In this document: one piece after another, positions 1 to 12,010 of the stretch | Layout: each line of letters begins with the position of its first letter | How positions within the stretch are numbered: the first letter of the stretch is position 1 | Assembly (NCBI RefSeq): GCF_035594765.1 | Contig: NW_026943820.1 | Span: forward strand, 18,546,647 to 18,610,646 | DNA from: Anolis carolinensis | Taxonomy: Eukaryota | Length of the DNA: 64,000 nt | Reading direction: 5' to 3' | Translations under genes and position numbers: made by a program | The notes under the pieces: model-generated | Told to the model about the DNA's origin: nothing | Seen by the model: only the letters and a program-made list of their open reading frames with translations | Database searches by the model: none

Positions 1-1010
1 GTTGTTTGAGCCAGGAATAGACCTGCAAATTTTGATTTCTGGTCTTTTGATTATCACATAAGGAGGGGTAGATCATAATCAGGCTTGGGAGGGAGAGTCT
101 TATGGCATCTATAAAGCAAGATTTAGGCCCATCCTAGCGTTAAAGTCTCCTCCCAAAATGACAGAAGCATTTGGGTTCTGCCTTATAAGATCACACACAT
201 ACATTGTCTTAGTCAACTGTTATGGGTTTTTTTTGTATTTTTATAGCGTTTTATAGTGTTTTTGGTGTTTTTTGTACAATGTTTTTGCTGATTTTATATT
301 GGAAACCGCCCTGAGTCCCTTTTGGGAGAGAGGGCGGTATACAAATAAACTTTTACTTACTTACTTACATTTCCAAATCGGATCACTGGGCTCTGATCTG
401 TAGCTCTGATTTCCTCTTCATTGGGGGCATATATACATTAACTACCAGCAGCGTGTGATGTTGGAATTGTATCAACACTGCTATTGCACTATTTTTGGAT
501 GGAGGTAGGGGCCTAGTGCAGACACATAATGAGGTGGAAACCAGGATCCCTATTCTCCTTTAGGTCTCCCACATTTTGCTAGATCTTCACCGTATATGAA
601 TGGAATCCACTAAATGTCAGTTCATCCACTGTCCCTGCTCCCTGGATTAGTAAAATGTGGTGATGAGTGCTGCTGGAGAATAATGAATTCTGGATAGACT
701 TTTGTAGTAAAAATATCATTTATGCTGAATGGCATTAAAATGGCAGGGACTGAGTTTGCTGATTGTACCCTGCAATTTACTGCAGTGGCTTCTCTAAACT
801 GATGTGTTTGTTCCAGATGTGTTTTTATAATCTTGCTGCCAGGATTTATAGTCCAACACTATAAATCTGGAGGACACCCTACTGATGTAAACACACACCT
901 TGGAATTCAGAAGCATAATGTAACAAGTTTTCAAACTTCTTAAACAGCTGGCCATTATACCATTTTCCTAGAAAAGAAAGCTGCGTGCTTCCTGGCCCCT
1001 TCTGTTCTAC

Positions 1011-1206
1011 CTGGTTTCTTGGTTGCTGGTGCTGCTGTGCTGCTGCGACTTGGTGGAATCTGTGGAGTTGGACTCTGAATAGTTCACTGATGAAGGCGAT
1101 GATGAGGAAGAGGATGATGATGATGAACTCAGTGCAGGATATTTACTGTGGCTCTGTTTGTTTTTTATGGAAGTGACTCCATTACTACAGCTTGGGCTCT
1201 CTGCTC
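1011..1206 (-). CDS. RANBP10: RANBP10 exon 10 (Ser-rich); gene continues beyond the window start
   Basis: [12 protein letters not shown]...[39 protein letters not shown]; CAG acceptor, GTAG donor; 196 nt. Confidence 0.93.
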
Positions 1207-1650
1207 CTGAAAACAGAAGGAAAAAGTCAAGGCTAGAGGTTCTTTTCTCTTCCATTATTATAAGGATCTTTAAGTTGTGTCTAAGATTCCAAGAGAAACC
1301 TCAGAAATAGTCCAGTGATTCACAGAATGGTGAATGCTGGCAGGGAAAAACTGGAAACATAGCTGAGACAGGGAAAAAAATGAGTATGCTGGAAGAAGGC
1401 ACATCCTTCAGGGTCACATTGTATGCTGCACAGCTTTCATTTGCAACATAATTTTGCTGTTGAATATACCTGTTTATTTATTTTGTATAGAAAGCAATAA
1501 TCTTTGGCAGTGGCTCCACAGAGCCCTAGAATTTGACAAAATCATCATAGGGATTCCATGGAAAAAATCTTTTTTAAAGTGCAGGCCAGAGTATGAAGTT
1601 TTTATTGAAATTCAATGTGCCTCTTCTTTAAAAGTGAAATTTGAATCTCT

Positions 1651-1990
1651 TTGGGTTGCTGTGAGTTTTCTCAGCTGTATGTCCATGTTCTAGAAACATT
1701 TTGTCCTGATGTTTTGCCCATATCTATGGCAGGCATCCTCGGAGGTTGTGGGGTCTGTTGGAAACTAAGTAATTGAGGTTTATATATCTGTGGAAGGTCT
1801 AGGGTGGGAGAGAGAACTCTTGTCTGTTTGAGGAAAGTGTGAACGTTCCAATTGTCCACCCTGATTAGCACTGAATGGCCTTGCAGCTTCAAAGCCTGGC
1901 TGCTTCCTGCCTGGGGGAATTCTTTGTTGGGAGGTGTTAACTGGCCCTGATTGTTGTCTTGGCTGTGAGGCCATTCAATGTTAATCAATG
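1651..1990 (-). mobile_element. Penelope-like element 3' fragment
   Basis: Homologous to the other copies in the window; degenerate hammerhead motif; short inverted segment at its right end. Confidence 0.85.
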
Positions 1991-2087
1991 CCCGGGATTT
2001 AGGGAAGACATTCCAATACTGGCTGTGAAATGTCATGAAATAAATAGTGAGAACAATGCCTGACACAGCAAAGGAGGATACACTTAC

Positions 2088-2236
2088 CAGTACTGTGAAT
2101 GTGCAAGTTATTACAGCCATGTCTGGGACTGAGATTAGGGGAGTTGGGGTAGCTGTCCTGGGATTTGGGGCTGCGGGCGCTAAAACATCGTACTTCACTG
2201 TCAGTTCCGTTCACCATCTCCACAAACTGCCTGCAC
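2088..2236 (-). CDS. RANBP10: RANBP10 exon 9
   Basis: [40 protein letters not shown]...; TAG acceptor, GTAAGT donor; 149 nt. Confidence 0.95.
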
Positions 2237-2334
2237 CTATGAACAAGGGGGAAAGATGTGGGACCTGGTTTTGACCCCCAGCTGTTCTGCACGGTACACA
2301 CCCGTTTTCCTTAACAGGTTTTGAAAATACTCAC

Positions 2335-2443
2335 TTTAGCATGAAAAGAAGGTTAGGATTGTGCTCTAGAAGTCCTGGGTATAGCTGCTGTGTGGCTTCA
2401 ATGGCTTCCCCCACTCTTCCTGCCAAAACCAGCTTTTGTATTC
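2335..2443 (-). CDS. RANBP10: RANBP10 exon 8 (CTLH)
   Basis: [36 protein letters not shown]; TAG acceptor, GTGAGT donor; 109 nt. Confidence 0.95.
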
Positions 2444-2519
2444 CTATAGGTGACAGATGAATCACTGAGATGAAAGCTGCCCTATTATTCCAGTGATAAG
2501 CAACACATAATTCCATATA

Positions 2520-2924
2520 CAGACAGTTCCCAAGTTACAGACAAGATAGGTTCGGTAGGTTTGTTCTTAAGCTGTATTTGTACCTAAGTCAGAACAGGTA
2601 CATTTTTTTAAAGTGTAACTCCAGCCAAATATATTATGTTTTAGCTTTGGATGGCATAGGGAAATATGAACACCTCTATAATGTTTGTTTAGCTGTCTGT
2701 GCCCTTGTTCAGAAGAATTCACTTTACTTTCTGTCCCTTGAATTTTGAAAAAGTTGGCTGGATTGGTGGTAAAGTTTCAGTGGAGATTACTTTTCTCATG
2801 ATAACCCTTTCAGGAGTGAATTTCCCTTCCTAGGGGAAGATTTCTCTTATTTCCTGCTGTCTCACCCCTGTTCTTGACTATCAGTCATATGCAAATCGTA
2901 TGTTTGTAACTTGGGGATTGCCTG
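2520..2924. mobile_element. Tc1/mariner (Tigger-like) MITE
   Basis: TA|CAGACAGTTCCCAAGTTAC...GTAACTTGGGGATTGCCTG|TA; second copy at 53132. Confidence 0.8.
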
Positions 2925-4487
2925 TACAAACAAAGAATTAAGAAATATCTCATTGAGATCTTGCAATTGGTGCTAAGCTACATCACTCCAGTTATGGAGA
3001 TCTACAGTGTTCCGTCTCACAAGCTGTTTAATGGCTTGTAGATGTTACTAAATGACTTTGGAAAGGTGACAATGCTATTTTTTCTTAGTGATGGGTCAGA
3101 ATACTTTTCTAACTTGTTGTCCTAACTGAAAGAGTTACACCTTAATCAAATTTAGCTGTGGACACACCATACATTACAGAAGGAAGAAAAAAAAGGGGGG
3201 GGGGGAAGGATCCAGAAGCATCTTTAAGAAACATTTATGTAATTTAATATAGTTAGCATTAAAAATTTAATTTATCAAAAATAATAGTAGATTCCCTCCA
3301 AAGTCTTTTCCTTTTTATACTGAAACAGACCAATGCTGCTCTCTCTTTGAAAACAATATGAATCAGTATTAATTTGAAGTTTACTTGGGATAATAATGCT
3401 GTAAAATAGTGTTGACAGACTGACTAACTATTAATACATGGAACTTTTTATGTTTTATATAAGCAAATGGCTTCTGGTGAATTTCTCAATGTAGTTGAAA
3501 ATATGAGTTTTTACCTTCGAAGATATCTTATGACTTTGATTATGTGAAGAATTGCCTATTTTTATATAAGCCTGCCTGATTAAGATACACTTTAAAGGAC
3601 CTTCTCTGCCTTCACAGGATAGAGGGGCAGTGGTTGCAAATAATAATTGCTCTGTTAGGTCACCCCAATTTGTAAAATTTCTTTTTTGGAGAGGGTCATC
3701 TATTGCAAAGGCTGATATTGAGTAAAACTGTGTAAGTTTTTTTATTGAATATTATGAGCTTATCTCATAAAGTAATTTTAAAATTCAATTTGTTTCTCCA
3801 AACAAAACCTAGGAGCCACTATGGCAAAATGATAGTCTGCCAAAATAGTTAAAGTATTACTCAATATTTTTGTAACAATTCTTCAAAAACCTGAAAATAA
3901 TTTGAAGTCTTTATTTTTAATGAGTGGTGCAGATTCACCCACCCAGGGTTAGACATAGTAATACAACAACAACAACAATTTATTACCCGCCTTTCCCTAT
4001 AGCTTGAGGTGGGATACTTCATGATTAAAACAAACAGACAAATACAACACCATTAAAATTCACAATGCAAAATACACACAATAAAGACCAATACCAATAA
4101 CATGCAGGTTAAAATTCACAGTTTAAAACTTACTGGGTAGAAATGTTGTATCAAGATGTTCGAGGCAAGGCTACATTTATGTACATTAAAAGTAAAGACT
4201 TCAAAGTCTTTTCAGGTTTTTTAAGACTTAAAAGAATTTTTGAAGAATAGGATATTGTGTTTCTCGATCTCGCACAGAATTTAGTTTTGAAGGGGCAGAA
4301 CAAGGAAAGAAATACTGAAGTTAGACAATAGTAGCTGAGATCAGGAACTGAGAAAGCGGGCAGGACCCTGATGTCGACAGATTCTGACTACTTTCCACTT
4401 GACTTATAAGCCTTCAGATACTGGTCCAAAGGCACACTGCAGGCTGTCTGCAGAAGACTTTAGGGTAAATTATAAGAGCAAGCTTAC

Positions 4488-4600
4488 TTTGTCTGTTCTT
4501 TATGGATATCTGTTCTTCCTGGATTGTACTTTCTGTCACCCTGGCAAAGGCAGTCGCTGTGGCACAGTACCCATGATGAACCAGGTAAGAGGAGACCATA
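4488..4600 (-). CDS. RANBP10: RANBP10 exon 7 (LisH)
   Basis: [37 protein letters not shown]; CAG acceptor, GTAAG donor; 113 nt. Confidence 0.95.
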
Positions 4601-5628
4601 CTGGAAACATTGAAAATGAACAGAAAAATAGGCATCACAGTCAATATAGATACATAGCAAAGCTGAAAAAAGTATTTCTGAGAAGAGGAAGTTAATGTGA
4701 GGCCAGCTGGGTGTGTACCAACTGATTTCACATTACCGGTAATTTAGCTCTGCTTTTTACATTGAAAACAAGCTACATTTTCTGTGGTGAACGAAGCGCA
4801 TGACAAGCCACACTTCCATGACATTCATATAAATGAACCATATAGGAATCCAACTATAACTCCTCTTCATATGAATAGTAAAGTTAATAAAATACTATGA
4901 GCCTGATGGAAACTTTTAAGGATTCTGTACACATACACATGGCGAAAAAAATTAACATACCTGCATGAGAATATAAAATATACATTTGTTTCAACATAAA
5001 CAAATAACAAGTGGCTCTGGGCCAAGTGATAAGAAGAACCATGAAATATACCACCTGCTTTATTGAGGTCTTTAGGTGTTCTATCAGTCTCATCCTTTCT
5101 GCCAATCATATCTCACATAAGACTAATCACTGCTATAAAATGCCAAAAACAAACTAAAATGCTATTGGTGTTGGTCTTGTGTGTATTTTGTATTATGTAT
5201 TTTAATAGTGTTATGTCGTTTTAACCATGTTGTATGGTTAAAATAGATACGACGGGCAGGGAACAAATAAATGTATATTGTTATTGTATATATCTTACCT
5301 TCATTACTGGGAAACAATCTAGTGATATGTCATCACAGAACCTAAAAAAGTGATCAAGTCTGAAAACAGCACATCGCTGAAATGATTGCTGAATGAAGAT
5401 ATGTATGGTTTAAGAAAGGAACACAATAACAAAAAAGGTGCAAGGCAAGCAGCCAGCTCATTTTTTACTCATTATTTTTGTTCTGATATATCTCAAACAC
5501 CAGGAAGGGAAGGGAGGTGGGGGTACAAATTTACCACAGACAATGGTATAGCAACAACCTGTTTCAATTAAAGATTTTTAGTAAAAAAAAAACAAAAAAC
5601 AAAAAAAACACCTGCAACACCCACTCAC

Positions 5629-5813
5629 TTCTGCAGCATGGCTTGCCATTCACCTAGTCGGTCACCTATGGGAAATCTCTTAATGGTTCCCTGAATCTTT
5701 GCTCGCCACTCTCTCATATAATCTTCAATGTCGAAAACAAATGGCTGTTGCCCAAAGTTGGCATCTACTATCTCTCCTGGTGTCTGGAGACCCACAGTGG
5801 GATACAGATTGGC
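5629..5813 (-). CDS. RANBP10: RANBP10 exon 6 (end of SPRY)
   Basis: [41 protein letters not shown]...WQAMLQ; CAG acceptor, GTGAGT donor; 185 nt. Confidence 0.96.
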
Positions 5814-7833
5814 CTGGCAAAAGAAGAAACCCACATTAAAGCCCTAGGCCCTTTAGAGAAGGAAGCAACAAAACACAGGAAAAATGTTTTCCTAAGGCAG
5901 GGGAGTTAATCTTCTTAGGGGAAGCTTGAATGAAATCACCAGACCGGACAGATGTAACGGATACTGAGCAGAAAGAATATCAGTGACACCCATTTAAAAG
6001 CCTAATAATTCATTTAAAAAAACTAATAACTATAAATGCTTTTAAATTAGAAATAAGATTTTATTAGATCTTCTGTGATTTCCAGCAATAGTTTAGAACT
6101 AAATGATATAAGCACAAGTAGGACAATTTCAGTCCTTGCATGAGTAAAGAGCCAGTGCTTTTACCCAGAGGGCTTCAATTTCTAGAATTAAATAGGAGGA
6201 AGACAACAGAGAACAATGATATGAGCAAACAGTCATATGAGCCTTGCATTGTGAGAAAGGTAATTACATAAATAAAATGCAGTAAAGTTTCCCTAGTAGT
6301 TACAGAGTGCATTTTATAATTTGTCAAGGATGAAATCTCAGTTTTCCCTTTATTTACCTCAAACCCTCCAAGTATTTATTTCCCCTATAAACAATTGTAG
6401 TTATCTCTGGCTAATGTGTTTCGTAAGCCCACCCCTACACATATTTGAAAAAGAAGCTCAGTGTGTGCTGAGCTTCCATTTTTCTCTTGTTGGAAAAATG
6501 AAAGGGCTGCTTAGAAAAGAGAGTTGGAAATGACAACTGCAAGTAATGGTTCCCAAAATATGGAGACAAGATAGATATTGAAGTTCAATCCAAAAGGCAA
6601 TCCATGATCACGAGTGAACTCTCAAATGCCATACAGGAATCAAACACCCCTTCTAGGAAAATAAAGTAGCAGCTGTGTTTACAACCAGTTGGACAAAAAC
6701 AGCCTTCTCCAATGTGCATCGCTCCATATTTTTTGCCCTACAATCACCCCTGTCAGTGTCTATTAATGCTATGAGGAGTTAAGAGTTGTAATGCAAACTA
6801 TTTGGAAGGACACAGTGTAGAGAACGTTGGTTTGAGCTTTAAAGTATAAGAGCTGCAAGACAAGTTTAAGTGATTTAGAAGATGCTATTTCACCCACATT
6901 TGCAGGTTCTTGTAAGGAGTCATACAAGTTAATGAACACTGAAGGAAGGAAGCCAAACAACTAAATGAAAAGGACTTGGGCAAAACTTTTTCAAGCAAAA
7001 ATATGACAGCAATGAGAAGATCAAAACACTAGAGAGGATTGGATAAAGAACAATTTATAGGAGAATGGAGACAGACTGCTCCTTAGTACTAAACAACAAG
7101 GCAAAGAGTTTAAAAGAGCTGATCTCTAATGCCTAGGAAGATGCTCATCAAGATAAAACAAGTTTAATACAAGCAAGTATAACACAGACTGCAAACAAAT
7201 TGTACAGCAGATCTCAACAATGTACAAGGAAGCTGAAATGTTCAGAATGCTTTTTTCTACTTACAACTATGCAACAACTTGCAGCCACTGAAGAAGACAA
7301 CATCCTTTAGTCTTGAACATGTAAAAGAGCACATATACTTAACAATGATATTCTAGATAATGAAGAAATATTTTTTGTCCTGAATTATCACAGAGAAGGG
7401 ACTCAACAAGGCAAAATGTAAGTTAATTTTCCAGACAAAGGAGTAAATCAGGAGGAACTCAGCCAGAGCTGATACATGCCAGAACACAAAGAAGTGCGCC
7501 TTAAATCCTTTATTGGCATTCAGGTGAGAGTGAAACACTGTACTGATCTAATCTGATATTTACACAGAGCCCTGTTCCTCCTTTGCTCCCTGAATTCTTT
7601 CTAAAAGGAAAAAAAACAAGGAAAATGCAAACCATCACCTGAAGAGTAGAAAACAGTTTTGTAGGCAACAATTAAGTGAGCATTGATGGATAGCAGCAAT
7701 GGAAGCCTAATCTCTCAAACCTACAAAGCAAATATAGACTTCTGATCTCCATTAGCTCTTTATTAATACAGGAGAAATAGGAAAGAACACTTGAAAGCAA
7801 GCAAGATTTCCACAGTCAGAAGCAAAACTTTAT

Positions 7834-8697
7834 CTAGCTTGGGAACCCAGCGATGCCTGGGTTATTTGAAAAAGGCATTATTTGTCTTTGATGGTTAGGT
7901 ATTCACAGTTTGGAGTGGGTGAACTACAATTCCCAGAATTGTGGGTCAATCCTCCCAAAACCTGCCAGTATTCAAAGTTGGCCATTTTGGGTCTGTGTAC
8001 CAAATGTGGTCCAGATCTGTCGTTGGCTGGTCATCGCCTGGCTGCAGTGCTCTCTGATGGGGGTGGACTACTACAACTCCCAGATTCCTGGGGCAAGTGT
8101 CCCAAAACATCTGTCAGTATACACAGCAGGCTATGTTGAGTCTGTGTGCCAAGTGTGGTCCAGATCTGTCTTTGGTCGGGGTCAGTGCTCTTTGGATGCA
8201 GGTGAACTACAACTCCCAGAATCAAGGCCCATTCCCACAAACCTCTGCAGTATGTTCAGTTGGTCACGAGGCTTCCCTGTGCAAAGTTTGGTCTCGGTCC
8301 ATTGTCGGTAGGGATCACTGTTTCTCTGGATGCAGGTGAACTATAACTCCCTTTTCCCCAAACTTGTCCAATATGTTCTTTTGGTTGTGGGGACTCTGTG
8401 TGCCAAGTTTGGTCCTGATCCATCATCGGAGGGGTTCGGAATGCAGGTGAACTATAAATCCGAGTACCTACTACTCCCAAATGTCCAGGCCAATTCCCCT
8501 CAAAACTCACCAGTATTGAAATCTGGGCATATCAGGTATGCATGGCAAGTTTGGCCCAGAGCCATCATTGTTTGGGGTCATAGCATTCTGGGTGCAGGTG
8601 AACTACAACTCCTCTAAATTCCCCAGTAGGAGTCACAGTGCTGTGACTTGATGCAGGGTGAACTACAACTTCTACCATGTGGATATAGAAATATAGA
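7834..8697 (-). mobile_element. Non-autonomous Helitron-like element with internal tandem repeats
   Basis: On the minus strand: 5' TCTATAT, 3' CTAG with a subterminal CCCAG..CTGGG hairpin; 110-150 bp units containing GAACTACAACTCCC and GTGCCAAGTTTGGTCC. Confidence 0.65.
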
Positions 8698-9012
8698 TAT
8701 ACTCAAGAGCCTGAAGTCACAAAGCACATACAAATGTTATTCTGGGTTGCTGAATGGGTGCCTCCAAAGTTTTTTGCTTAATCAAAGTTAACTGAGAAAA
8801 ATGCAACGCCTGCATTTCTCTATGTGTTGGTTTGCCTTTCAACACAATGTGTCATCAGTGCTTCTAGTCTCTGCCTGTTGTACATAGATCTGCTTTTCCC
8901 AACAATCATATTAGAACAATGCATCACCCATCGTTTGTGTCTTTATGTGTCTTTTAAAAAGGAAAAACAATTTATATATACAGATATTGTTTCTGTCTGA
9001 ACTACTACACAT

Positions 9013-9110
9013 GTAGAATCATAGAGTTGGAAGAGACCTCATGAGCCATTCAGTCCTACCCCCTTCCAAGAAGCACCCCTGACAGATGGCCATCCAGCCT
9101 CTGCTTAAAA
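9013..9110 (-). mobile_element. CR1 3' end fragment (similar fragments at about 12680-12850, 29400-29460, 40950-41023, 52850-53030 and 58903-59135)
   Basis: TAGAATCATAGAGTTGGAAGAGACC, the reverse complement of the CR1 (ATTCTATG)n tail. Confidence 0.8.
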
Positions 9111-9964
9111 GAACGTGGAAGGTTAATTTTTTAAAATCACTACACTGAGTAGTTCATTGTAAATTCACTCAAAAAGGAATGCCTTAATATTGATAACCAA
9201 TTTTCAGGAACTTATTAAATTACTCGCTACATTTTTTTCCATTTTGTTTTATTTTTGGAGGAAAAATAGGGTTGTCTTCCTCAGTCATGGGCCAGCTTTG
9301 GTCCTCCAGGTGTTTTGGATTTCAATTCTCATAATTCCTAACAGCCTCAGGCCCCTTCCTTTTCCCCCTCAGCTGCCTAAGTTTGCTCATGCCTGGTCTT
9401 GCTGCTCCTACAGAAAATGAAGCCTGGCTTAGTTCATCATGTCCATTCAAGGACAGCTACTGGCTTTGCACTTCAATCTGTGAGTCAAGAAGAAAGGGGT
9501 GGCCCTGATGGCAGTGTATGACACAACACAGCAAAAGAATTCAGATACTGGGATTTCCCCATTGTTTCCTAATTCACTAACATGTCATTTTTAGTTTGCT
9601 AAAGGTAAGCAAGGCAAAAAGGTAGTATTTTTTTTTAAAAACCTGAAGACTTGTTTTTCTTTTTCTATTTTGAAAAAGCAGGCCACGTTTCAAAATAAGC
9701 TGCGAAATAGTCTTTTGTTATCATAACACTTTGGTTTTTTTTTTTATAAATCGTAGCAAATTCCAGAAAAAAGTAGTAATTGCCAGCATCTACAAGAAAC
9801 TGCTTCCCTAAGAAACGTTAACAGCCATTGGCACATCCAAAGCACACGGTCCAATACTATCCCATTTCCAATGGCATGGCAAAAACAAGGCGTCAGAACT
9901 TTGCAGCAACCCCCTCCCTTCAATTTGCATATTTTATTAGAAAACTGAAAACAGTTGTACTTAC

Positions 9965-9987
9965 AGGGAGGTCTGTAAAGGCTATAC
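9965..9987 (-). CDS. RANBP10: RANBP10 exon 5 (23-nt microexon)
   Basis: cag|GTATAGCCTTTACAGACCTCCCT|gtaagt encodes (G)IAFTDLP; needed to keep frame between exons 4 and 6. Confidence 0.93.
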
Positions 9988-11449
9988 CTGTGGGGGGAAA
10001 ATATTAGAATTAAAACCACAAAATGTTCCCCATTTGCCTGCAACGTCAACTTAACACATACTACAAGGTATCAACAAATTCTAAGATGGGCTCCAGGAGA
10101 AAGAAGCAGAGATGAAGTAACAGAGCCTCCCAACCATTATCATCTTCTGTGACATTGTGATGAGAAATCTTACATTGCAACCCTATTAAGCTTTATCCTA
10201 GGGCAATGATTCCCAAACTTTGGTCCACAACTCCCAGAAAAAAAGGCTTGATGGTGAGGATATAATCTACTGGCAGTGGGCAGGACTACTGCCAAAATTG
10301 TTTTGTGAGGGTCTAGAGTGCTCCAAATACTACACTCTACAGAAAGATACCGTAACTCATTATATGTGAGTCACTGAGACCACAAAGAAGAACGTATGGC
10401 CAATAGTCAATATAGTGCCAATAAAACCACAAAGGAAGAAAGATCTTTAATCACAATCCCACATTTAATAAGCCTGAAAAGGGGGGGGGGGGTCTGCAGC
10501 AATGGGCAAAATACATCAAGACATGGCATTCCTCATATTTGTCTTTCATCATCACCATCCGTCCTCCACCCTATTTCTTACAGGAAAAAAAAGCCTCTTA
10601 TGGTATGAGCAGACTGCTGCACGAAAAAGTAATCTATCAGGTATCCTTGATGGCTTTACAATGATTTCTGTTGAATTGAATTGTAGAACAAACAAGTGTA
10701 GACATTGAAGAGCTGGTATAATATCTTAATATTTAATATGTTAATAGCTAATATGATTTATTCAAACATATTCAGATATGGTTAGCTTTCAAACTTCTTA
10801 AGACTGCAGTGCAGATCCAGAAGCATGGAACTCACAAAACAAGCAACCTGTCCAAACTATAGTGTACTACCTTATTAGAGGGATTTCCACAAGTATATAA
10901 CAATCTGAAGCAGGCCAAGAAAACGCAACCGATGTTTACATTTCCAGAAAGAGAATTTAACCTGCTTCTCCCTTCCTGCCAAAACAACTCACTGTGCACT
11001 TTGACCTAATTAGGGTTTGCATAGGAGGCTGCTCATCTCTGTTGACAAATTGCGCCACAGCCATTCAGAATGCTGTCACCCAAACAGGAGCATCTCAGGA
11101 CAGACTACTTCCCATTTTAGCCAAGCACAGCAGATTTAACACATGCAGATGAACAATGCTGCAGGCTGGAGAGGAGGAGAAGCACAGCACACAAGGAGTG
11201 GCATTCTAACAACCAGACTGCTAGTGTGAGGGGAAACAAAGTATTTGCTTGTTAAAATAAGACAATGAGATACTACAAAGGCATATACTTATCTCTTTCA
11301 AAATTAACAGCAAGCTCTGTCAGAAAAAGTTTGCCAATAAAACTTTCTTGGTTCTCCACAGTAAGGGAGAAAATCTCTCTCCAATCAAACAATGTAGAAG
11401 ACAGCTAAAAGGGGTTGCAGCATCATATCTGAATATAAGTATCCCCGCT

Positions 11450-12010
11450 TGGGTATTAATCACAGTTCCCAAGTGATGTATATCTGGTGTTAATCCGAAA
11501 TGGCTTGTTTAGTTTCACTTGTAAGCCATGCTGCTTCCAGGAGTCAAAGACCCTCCCCCACATCCTGCTGCCCTTGGCACGTGGACCGGAGTGGACCAGC
11601 AAGTCCTTGAGATATGGTTAGGGCTGCAGACTTATCTTCTGCTAGTGTTCTACCAGGGCCACTATTCATTTTGGTGAGTATCTTTCATTCTGATGACAGG
11701 ACAAAGGGGGGACAACAACAATATAATGCAAGTGCTATCTTCTTTAAACAAGGCAGTGTGGCTGTATCAGGAAGTGGAGACAGAAATGAGGTCCCTTGAC
11801 CGAATTGCCTCTAGGATGTGCTTCAGCATTTCCACATCGAAGCAATGCTTCCTGATGAATCGGTTCATAACCCTGAGATTCAGGGTGGCTTTCCATTTTC
11901 CATGGGCGTGAGATATAGGATAGCGACATCTCATAAACTCTCTGTGAGGGTGGCACAGGCTCGATTGCCCCCATCTCAATAGGTGTTCAATGGCTTCCAT
12001 ACACTTGAAC
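11450..12010 (-). mobile_element. Degenerate DIRS-like retrotransposon RT relic
   Basis: Across frameshifts and in the expected order: GAIEPVP, GKWKATLNLRVMNRFIRK, PFVLSS (PFGLSS), PYLKDLLV (YLDD), IHHLGTVINT. Confidence 0.7.

Noticed and set aside
1671-2198. 175-aa ORF and similar ORFs at 35887, 36369 and 46770
   Set aside because: Chance open frames running through Penelope or MITE sequence, or through alternative frames of real exons.
7900-8680. CRISPR-like repeat-spacer array
   Set aside because: Vertebrate intron; the intervening sequences are homologous to each other, so these are tandem units of a transposon.
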